32,481 nt of DNA from an uncultured Collinsella sp. (GTDB taxonomy: Bacteria > Actinomycetota > Coriobacteriia > Coriobacteriales > Coriobacteriaceae), in the NCBI GenBank assembly GCA_902482045.1, contig CABSYS010000001.1, forward strand, positions 1 to 32,481, read 5' to 3'. The notes beneath the pieces were generated by a model. The model made no database searches. It had not been told where the DNA came from and saw only the letters and a program-made list of their open reading frames with translations. Made by a program: the position numbers and the translations under genes. This document shows, in pieces, positions 26,423 to 32,481 of the stretch (position 1 is the first letter of the stretch; each line of letters opens with the position of its first letter).

Positions 26423-28768
26423 ATGGAAACGCTTGAACGCAACGAGTGGGCAGACGTTGCCCAACTAGTCGAGATCACGAGCGATGCTGTCATCATCTGC
26501 GAGCTCGACGGAACCATTCTGCATGTGAATAATCGCTTACTTGGTTTGATGTGTGAGGATCGCGCCGACGTCATCGGTGGAGATGTTAAAGACGTTCTGT
26601 ACTCATCCGCTTTTGAACGTGCGACAGAACACCGTCTACCATTTGAAACTGATGGCTCCGAGAGCGAACTGATGCTCAAGCTGAGCGACGGCTCCTTTAT
26701 TCCCGTCTTGGTTCGCGCGGGCTCCGTAATGCCTCCACGTATCTTTGGACGCCGCGCGCCGCGCGTTCTGGTGGCGCTTCATAGCATCGAAGAACAGTAT
26801 TCGCACGACCGCCAGCTCAAGCGTGCGCTTTCGGAGCTTAGAGTGGCGAATAAGCGCCTCTCGGGCACGTTGTCGGTCATTATGAGCACAGTGGGCTCCG
26901 ATGAGCTACCCAGCCTGCTTGATACCGTTTTAAATCAGCTCGTCGGAACGCTCGATGCTTCTGGAGCTGCGATTTATTTTTCGGAGAGCGGCGGTTTTAA
27001 GCTACGCGGTGTTTCCAAGGAGCTGTACGACAGCTACCTGCCCGAGTTTTTGCCGTATGGCGCTGGCATTCCGACGTACGTGCTTCGCGAGTCGCGCGCT
27101 TGCCGTCTGTCGATTCAGCAGGACCTTGAGGGCGATCGTGTCGCCTCGGGCATGTTTATGGATTTGGACAATCGTTCTAAGCACCTGTTGCGCATGCAGG
27201 ATATGCCTCCGTACCGCAGCGAGATCTGTCTTCCCGTTTTTTACGGTACGCAGATCCTTGGCGTGCTGGAAGTTGGTTGGAAACGTCCCCAGGCACCGCT
27301 CGCCTATGACGTTAATGTACTCGAGGTCATTTGCGATTACCTGTCTATCCAGCTGGTCGGCATGGCATCGAGTCTTCGCTCTCGTCGCACGGCCGAGCTT
27401 GGCCGCTCGCTCAATGTCTTACGTGATGAGTTGTTTACCTTTCTAGACGATTCCGCCGCGGCTACCCAGGCGGTATCGTCCGAGATCTGCAATATGCTCA
27501 TCTGCCATTTTTGCCCTGTTGAGTATGACGCCAGTCTGGACTCCTATGTCATAGATTTTGAAGGCGGCAGTCGAGTTGCTTTGCCGGACGATCCCGAGAA
27601 GCTTTTCTTTTCTACGACGGCGCCAGCGGCACGTCTGGGAGCTGGCCCTGATGGCTTTGAAGCATCTGTTTTGGGCGGCACGAGTGCCGATGATCTTAAA
27701 CACGTCCGTATAACTCGCGTTGACGAATCGATGCCTATGGGAGGCTGGCTTAGGGCACATGGTCTGCCTTGCCAGGGTCTCTACGTCGACACCGGCATCG
27801 AGGCGGGGCGTCCGCGCCCTGAGGGTGATGACAAGCACAGTAACGACGCGATTGTTCCTGCCTCTGTTGCGAAGGGCCCGACGACGCGCGCGCTGCTGCT
27901 TCGTGATGGTAGTCAAGAGCCGATTGATGACCTTGAATATGACTACTTGGTGCACTTGGCGCATGACTTTGAACTGATCTACGAAGGCGAATCTCAAAAG
28001 CGCGAAGAGCGTCATATCGCTCAGACGCTTCAGATTGGCATGAGAAATTCGCTTGGTGACGTTCCGGGCATCGCAACCGATTCGGTATACCTATCGGCAA
28101 CGAATTCCGCGTTGGTCGGCGGTGACTTCTATACGCTTGTCCGACTTCCCGACGATTGCGCCGTTATGATTTTGGGCGATGTATCCGGCAAGGGAATTGA
28201 GGCGGCGTCGATGTCAGCGCTCGTCAAGACGGCGCTGACGGCCTATGCCTGGGAGGGTGCGGGGCCTGCCCGCATGGCCCGCTCGCTCAATAGCATGCTC
28301 ATGGGCTTTTCGAGGGTCGAGACGTTTGTTACGGCGTTTATCGCCAAGATCGATCTTAAAGCGGGCCGCGCTACCTATTGCTCAGCGGGACATCCTCCCA
28401 CTATGGTCATTAGGCCGTCATCGAAGCCGCTTGGCAGCGGCGAGACCTGCGGGGGAGAAGTGGAGCTCCTTGGGTGCCAGTCGGGCGTGATCGGTGCCTT
28501 TGAGAGCATGGTGTACGAGACGGGCGTGTTTACGTTCGCTCCTGGTGACATGCTATTTATGTATACCGACGGAACGATCGAGGCACGTGATCGCTCGGGT
28601 GCTTTCTTTGGCGAGCAGCGCCTTCGTGACCTTCTGCTCTCTGTTTCGAGTGAGGGCGTATCGGGAATCTGCGGTAAGGTCTTGGGCGAGCTTGACCGCT
28701 TTACCGAGTCGGCGCTGGACGATGACATCGCGCTGGTTTCCCTTGAGTTTTTACGGGGTCGATCGTAG
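26423..28768 (+). CDS. PAS-GAF-PP2C (SpoIIE/RsbU-family) serine phosphatase
   Basis: N-terminal PAS (DAVIICELDGTILHVN), GAF (RSEICLPVFYGTQILGVLEV), PP2C motifs VGGDFY, GDVSGKG, SAGHPP, YTDG and DDIALV. Confidence 0.9.
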   Translation: METLERNEWADVAQLVEITSDAVIICELDGTILHVNNRLLGLMCEDRADVIGGDVKDVLYSSAFERATEHRLPFETDGSESELMLKLSDGSFIPVLVRAGSVMPPRIFGRRAPRVLVALHSIEEQYSHDRQLKRALSELRVANKRLSGTLSVIMSTVGSDELPSLLDTVLNQLVGTLDASGAAIYFSESGGFKLRGVSKELYDSYLPEFLPYGAGIPTYVLRESRACRLSIQQDLEGDRVASGMFMDLDNRSKHLLRMQDMPPYRSEICLPVFYGTQILGVLEVGWKRPQAPLAYDVNVLEVICDYLSIQLVGMASSLRSRRTAELGRSLNVLRDELFTFLDDSAAATQAVSSEICNMLICHFCPVEYDASLDSYVIDFEGGSRVALPDDPEKLFFSTTAPAARLGAGPDGFEASVLGGTSADDLKHVRITRVDESMPMGGWLRAHGLPCQGLYVDTGIEAGRPRPEGDDKHSNDAIVPASVAKGPTTRALLLRDGSQEPIDDLEYDYLVHLAHDFELIYEGESQKREERHIAQTLQIGMRNSLGDVPGIATDSVYLSATNSALVGGDFYTLVRLPDDCAVMILGDVSGKGIEAASMSALVKTALTAYAWEGAGPARMARSLNSMLMGFSRVETFVTAFIAKIDLKAGRATYCSAGHPPTMVIRPSSKPLGSGETCGGEVELLGCQSGVIGAFESMVYETGVFTFAPGDMLFMYTDGTIEARDRSGAFFGEQRLRDLLLSVSSEGVSGICGKVLGELDRFTESALDDDIALVSLEFLRGRS

Positions 28769-28849
28769 GCCACGTCGCTTGACGGGCGAAATCCCTACGG
28801 TTGAAGAAACGTGTGCATCGAGCGAGCTCTTTTGGGGAACCATGGTCGT

Positions 28850-29596
28850 ATGAATGAGTGGAATGACATAGCGGTTTTGACGCCACCGGGCGATGTTGAC
28901 ATCGCCTCGGTGTCCGTCCTGCGCCGACGGTTGGATAATTTGATCGACCGGGGCGTGCGTCGCGTTGTCATCAATTGCCAGGCCGTGGGCTTTATCGACT
29001 CGACGGGTTTGGCGTTTTTGCTTACACGTGCCAGAGAGCTCATGAGGCGAGAGGGCCTGCTTTCGCTCGTTAACGCCTCCGATGAGGTCATTCGCTTTTT
29101 GGAGATTGCCCGACTTGTCGACATCCTTCATGTTGCGGGTCCGGCGCGTGAGTCGATTCCCGCCATTCCGGTGGGAGAGTTGCCACGATGGAGCAAGAGC
29201 ATCGAAGTGCAGCGAGGCATCGAGAATCTCCCGTATTATCGGCATCGTGTGGCCGAGCTCCTCGAATCGCTTCCCCTGAGGCGTGATGAGCGCTATGACG
29301 TCGCATTGGCGTTGGGTGAGGCATTGGGTAACGCATATGACCATGCGGGCGGTGTTGGCTGCATCCTGACGGTTCAGGCCTACGGGGACCGTGTTGTGCT
29401 CGAGGTGCTTGATCGGGGCGCTGGCTATTCTATCGATGGGGCGAGCGAGCCGGTGGCATCCGAGGAACGCGGACGTGGTATCAAGCTTATGCGCATGCTC
29501 GTCGATAATGTGGAGGTTGCCCGTCGCACGGATGGTGCCGGCACACGCGTTCGGATGGTGAAGCTGTTTAGCTCGACATTGGAATCGTGCGCTTAG
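28850..29596 (+). CDS. Fused anti-sigma antagonist (STAS, RsbV-like) and anti-sigma kinase (HATPase_c, RsbW-like); alternative GTG start at 28811
   Basis: GDVDIAS and FIDSTGL STAS motifs, then EALGNAYDH (N-box), VLDRGAG (G1) and ERGRGIKLM (G2). Confidence 0.85.
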   Translation: MNEWNDIAVLTPPGDVDIASVSVLRRRLDNLIDRGVRRVVINCQAVGFIDSTGLAFLLTRARELMRREGLLSLVNASDEVIRFLEIARLVDILHVAGPARESIPAIPVGELPRWSKSIEVQRGIENLPYYRHRVAELLESLPLRRDERYDVALALGEALGNAYDHAGGVGCILTVQAYGDRVVLEVLDRGAGYSIDGASEPVASEERGRGIKLMRMLVDNVEVARRTDGAGTRVRMVKLFSSTLESCA

Positions 29597-29661
29597 CGCC
29601 TTGGGTTGACATGATTTCCCTGCGCGAACTTGCTTTGGGCAATTTTTTTTGAAAAAAGTAC

Positions 29662-29690
29662 TTGCGTCTTTTGGATAACTCGCGTAAATT
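29662..29690 (+). promoter_or_regulatory. Promoter of the tRNA-Gly/Cys/Gly cluster
   Basis: TTGCGT-17 bp-TAAATT with an upstream T8-G-A6 tract. Confidence 0.7.
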
Positions 29691-29702
29691 AATAACCCGC
29701 AA

Positions 29703-29778
29703 GCGGACATGGCTCAGTTGGTAGAGCACAACCTTGCCAAGGTTGGGGTCGCGGGTTCGAGCCCCGTTGTCCGCTCCA
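29703..29778 (+). tRNA. tRNA-Gly(GCC), copy 1
   Basis: 76-nt cloverleaf gcggaca...tgtccgctcca; anticodon loop ttGCCaa. Confidence 0.97.
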
Positions 29779-29813
29779 TTGCATTTCCGGACCGTTCTTA
29801 ACGGTCCTTTTTC

Positions 29814-29887
29814 GGCGAAGTGGCCAAGTGGTAAGGCAGAGGCCTGCAAAGCCTTTACCCCCGGTTCGAATCCGGGCTTCGCCTCCA
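29814..29887 (+). tRNA. tRNA-Cys(GCA)
   Basis: 74 nt; ggcgaag/cttcgcc acceptor stem, loop ctGCAaa, U73 discriminator and CCA. Confidence 0.96.
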
Positions 29888-29929
29888 GGCAACATCCGGG
29901 CGCTCCGGCGCCCGTTTTGTTTTACATAT

Positions 29930-30005
29930 GCGGACATGGCTCAGTTGGTAGAGCACAACCTTGCCAAGGTTGGGGTCGCGGGTTCGAGCCCCGTTGTCCG
30001 CTCCA
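29930..30005 (+). tRNA. tRNA-Gly(GCC), copy 2
   Basis: Identical to 29703-29778. Confidence 0.97.
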
Positions 30006-30013
30006 AACGCAAC

Positions 30014-30043
30014 AGCCCGGCTACTACGGTAGCCGGGCTTTTT
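30014..30043 (+). terminator. Terminator after the tRNA cluster
   Basis: agcccggctac-tacg-gtagccgggct followed by tttt. Confidence 0.85.
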
Positions 30044-30057
30044 CGTACCCATCGCAT

Positions 30058-30192
30058 GGGCTCGAACCCGAGAGGGAGCGAGCGTTAAGCAAACGCGGAG
30101 CGTTTGTAGCGAGCTGGCAAGGACGCCGGCAGGCGGCCGAAGCCGGTGCGGATCCGCGAAGCGGATACGCGGACGCCCCGTTGTCCGCTCCA
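30058..30192 (+). repeat. tRNA-associated structured element ending in an 18-bp duplicate of the tRNA-Gly 3' end
   Basis: Starts gggctcgaaccc (reverse complement of the tRNA T-arm gggttcgagccc), has internal hairpins, and ends gccccgttgtccgctcca (30175-30192). Confidence 0.8.
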
Positions 30193-30200
30193 ACTATCTT

Positions 30201-30227
30201 ACGCGGTTCTAACGAACCGCGTTTTTT
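30201..30227 (+). terminator. Terminator-like hairpin after the tRNA 3' fragment
   Basis: acgcggttc-taac-gaaccgcgt followed by ttttt. Confidence 0.75.
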
Positions 30228-30406
30228 GTTGACGCTGTGCGAGCCCCGGGCACCCCATCTTGCCCCTCAATCGTCGGTCGCGTACATAAAGTACGCTTCC
30301 CTCCTCTTTCGCGGCAAGCTGGGGCACCCGGAGCCCGCTCGCTGTCGTGGCCGGGGGAGTGGGTCTTCCGTTCTTTTCACTAATCGGTCGATTCGTCCCG
30401 GGAGGT

Positions 30407-30431
30407 TCGAACCCGAGAGGGAGCGAGCGTT
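30407..30431 (+). repeat. Truncated second copy of the tRNA-associated element
   Basis: 25-bp exact repeat tcgaacccgagagggagcgagcgtt of 30062-30086. Confidence 0.8.
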
Positions 30432-30528
30432 TTGGGACGTGGCTGTTGCGTTGTTTGCCGCGGATGTCAGCTTTGGGCGTATCATCGTGGGCATCTCGCA
30501 AAACCTCGTTGCAAGGGAGACACACCCC

Positions 30529-32262
30529 ATGGCCACAGAAAAGTCCTCTTCGCGCTCATGGATGTCCGATGCCGCGATCTATCAGATCTATCCGCGTTCG
30601 TTTAAGGATTCGACTGGTTCGGGTCTGGGCGATATCGCGGGCATTACCCAGCAGATGGACTATCTTGAGCGGCTGGGTATCGAGGCCATCTGGCTGAGCC
30701 CGTTTTACCCATCGCCTCTTGTCGATGGCGGCTATGATGTGGCGGACTACTGCGATGTCGACCCACGTCTCGGCTCACTTGACGACTTCGATGACATGAT
30801 CGCTGCGGCTCACGCGCGCGGCATCAAGGTCATCGTCGACATCGTGCCCAACCATTCCTCCAACCAGCACCCCTGGTTCGAAGCCGCTCTTGCCGCCGGC
30901 CCCGGATCGCCCGAGCGCGCCCGTTATATCTTCCGCGATGGTCGCGGCGAGCATGGCGAGCTGCCTCCCACCAATTGGAATGCCAACTTTGGCGGCCCCG
31001 CATGGACGCGTGTTGCGGACGGTCAGTGGTATCTGCACATGTTTACGCCCGAGCAGCCGGACTTTGACTGGTCATGCCCTGAGGTTCACGCGCTATTTTG
31101 CGACGTCCTGGCGTTTTGGAGCGATCGAGGCGTCGACGGTTTTCGCATTGATGTGGCGCAGGGTCTCGCCAAGGATCTCGACCGCGATGACCTCGACCGG
31201 TGGCATCTCGCCGAGGGCGATGACATGGTTGACGACGGCACCCATCCGCTGTGGGACCGCAATGAGGTCCACGAGATCTATCGCGAGTGGCGCCGCGTGT
31301 TCGACCGCTATAATCCGCCGCGCAGTGCCGTTGCCGAGGCGTGGGTGTTGCCCGAGCGCCAGTATCTCTACGCGCGTCCCAGCGAGCTTGGCCAGACATT
31401 CAACTTTGAGTTTGCCAAGGCCACTTGGACCTATGATGACATGCGCACTGCAATCGAGAAGGGCTTGAAGGCAGCCGTCGAATCCGATTCCGCCTCGACC
31501 TGGGTACTCTCCAACCACGACGTGCCGCGCGTGGCGACACGTTATGCCCTGCCGCAAATCAAGGCGACGCGCTATCATCAGATTGCGCTCGACTGGCTCT
31601 TACGTGACGGGTCGTCTTATGACGAGGACCGTGAACTCGGCGAGCGCCGCGCGCGGGCAGCCCTTTTGCTTGAGCTGGCGCTTCCGGGCTCGGCATACGT
31701 GTACCAGGGTGAGGAGCTCGGCCTTTTTGAGGTGGCTGACATCCCGTGGGCTGCACTCGAAGATCCTACTGCGACCAATACGCACGGACCGAAGAACGAG
31801 AAGGGGCGCGACGGCTGTCGCGTGCCCCTGCCGTGGGTGGCGGCGGACGATCCCGCGCAAGGCGGATCGTTTGGGTTTTCACCGGCGGACGCCGATGCGG
31901 CGCCCCATCTGCCGCAGCCTGCATGGTTTTCCGATTACGCTGCCGATAGGGAAGAAGCGGACCCGACATCGATGCTTGCGCTCTATCGTGACGCCCTCTG
32001 GCTGCGGCGCAAGCTGCGCGGGTGCGCCAACGATCTTGCGTGGCTCGATCTTGACGGGCGCACCGGTCTTGCGGATGGCGCCGACGGCGCCGAGGGCGGC
32101 GTCATCGCCTATCGCCGCGACAACGGCTGGGCGTGTGTGACGAACTTCGGCGCAGCACCCGTGGAGCTGCCGGCGGGCAGGGTCCTGCTCACCTCATCAC
32201 CGCTTGCAGACGGCAGGCTCGCGCAGGACAGCTCTGCCTGGATCATGCTCGGTGAGGTGTAG
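30529..32262 (+). CDS. GH13 alpha-glucosidase / oligo-1,6-glucosidase family (577 aa)
   Basis: RBS AAGGGAG; YQIYPRSF, DGGYDVADY, DIVPNH, catalytic GFRIDVA / AEAW / SNHD, YQGEELG, GRDGCRVP. Confidence 0.92.
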   Translation: MATEKSSSRSWMSDAAIYQIYPRSFKDSTGSGLGDIAGITQQMDYLERLGIEAIWLSPFYPSPLVDGGYDVADYCDVDPRLGSLDDFDDMIAAAHARGIKVIVDIVPNHSSNQHPWFEAALAAGPGSPERARYIFRDGRGEHGELPPTNWNANFGGPAWTRVADGQWYLHMFTPEQPDFDWSCPEVHALFCDVLAFWSDRGVDGFRIDVAQGLAKDLDRDDLDRWHLAEGDDMVDDGTHPLWDRNEVHEIYREWRRVFDRYNPPRSAVAEAWVLPERQYLYARPSELGQTFNFEFAKATWTYDDMRTAIEKGLKAAVESDSASTWVLSNHDVPRVATRYALPQIKATRYHQIALDWLLRDGSSYDEDRELGERRARAALLLELALPGSAYVYQGEELGLFEVADIPWAALEDPTATNTHGPKNEKGRDGCRVPLPWVAADDPAQGGSFGFSPADADAAPHLPQPAWFSDYAADREEADPTSMLALYRDALWLRRKLRGCANDLAWLDLDGRTGLADGADGAEGGVIAYRRDNGWACVTNFGAAPVELPAGRVLLTSSPLADGRLAQDSSAWIMLGEV

Positions 32263-32362
32263 GGGGCCTCTTGCGGCGAGTTTGCGTTTGCCTACACCTT
32301 CCGTGATGGCTGATGTCTTCGCGAGGTTCGCGAGGGCGTCGCAAAACTTTTCAAAAAAGTTC

Positions 32363-32391
32363 TTGCATAGAATGCGGGTATCACGTAAGAT
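32363..32391 (+). promoter_or_regulatory. Promoter of tRNA-Gly copy 3
   Basis: TTGCAT-17 bp-TAAGAT preceded by ttttcaaaaaagt, as in the other two tRNA promoters. Confidence 0.7.
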
Positions 32392-32403
32392 TAATCCCCG
32401 TAA

Positions 32404-32479
32404 GCGGACATGGCTCAGTTGGTAGAGCACAACCTTGCCAAGGTTGGGGTCGCGGGTTCGAGCCCCGTTGTCCGCTCCA
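32404..32479 (+). tRNA. tRNA-Gly(GCC), copy 3
   Basis: Identical 76-nt sequence to copies 1 and 2. Confidence 0.97.
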
Positions 32480-32481
32480 TT

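Noticed and set aside
29734..30528. 842-aa ORF 29734-32262 with a 265-aa N-terminal extension
   Set aside because: The extension reads through three tRNA genes and terminators. The real start is ATG 30529, with an RBS and GH13 motifs directly after it.

Overview
High-GC Gram-positive chromosomal window, most likely Coriobacteriia (Collinsella-like; inferred from gene order, codon bias and protein sequences). All credible genes are on the + strand. The conserved backbone is uvrC(5'-truncated)-rapZ-whiA-gap-pgk-tpiA-gpmI-secG-tRNA-Leu. It is interrupted by (i) a ~10.8 kb sialic-acid catabolic cluster (family-5 ABC importer, two CE7-like acetyl esterase genes, nanA, nanK, nanE) between uvrC and rapZ, and (ii) an Opp/Dpp-type ABC operon after secG. 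Downstream lie a PAS-GAF-PP2C phosphatase and a fused STAS/anti-sigma-kinase gene, a tRNA-Gly/Cys/Gly cluster, a GH13 alpha-glucosidase and a third identical tRNA-Gly. The most unusual signals are non-coding. Two 125-bp hairpins (25700-25824, 26005-26129) lie in opposite orientation and align without gaps, with conserved loops/bulges but different, compensatory stems. There is also a structured element attached to a duplicated tRNA-Gly 3' end, and GNA-triloop mini-hairpins recur across these elements. In the coding part, one esterase paralog in the nan cluster lacks its catalytic serine. No integrase, transposase or CRISPR array was seen. All assignments come from motif reading; no database search was run.
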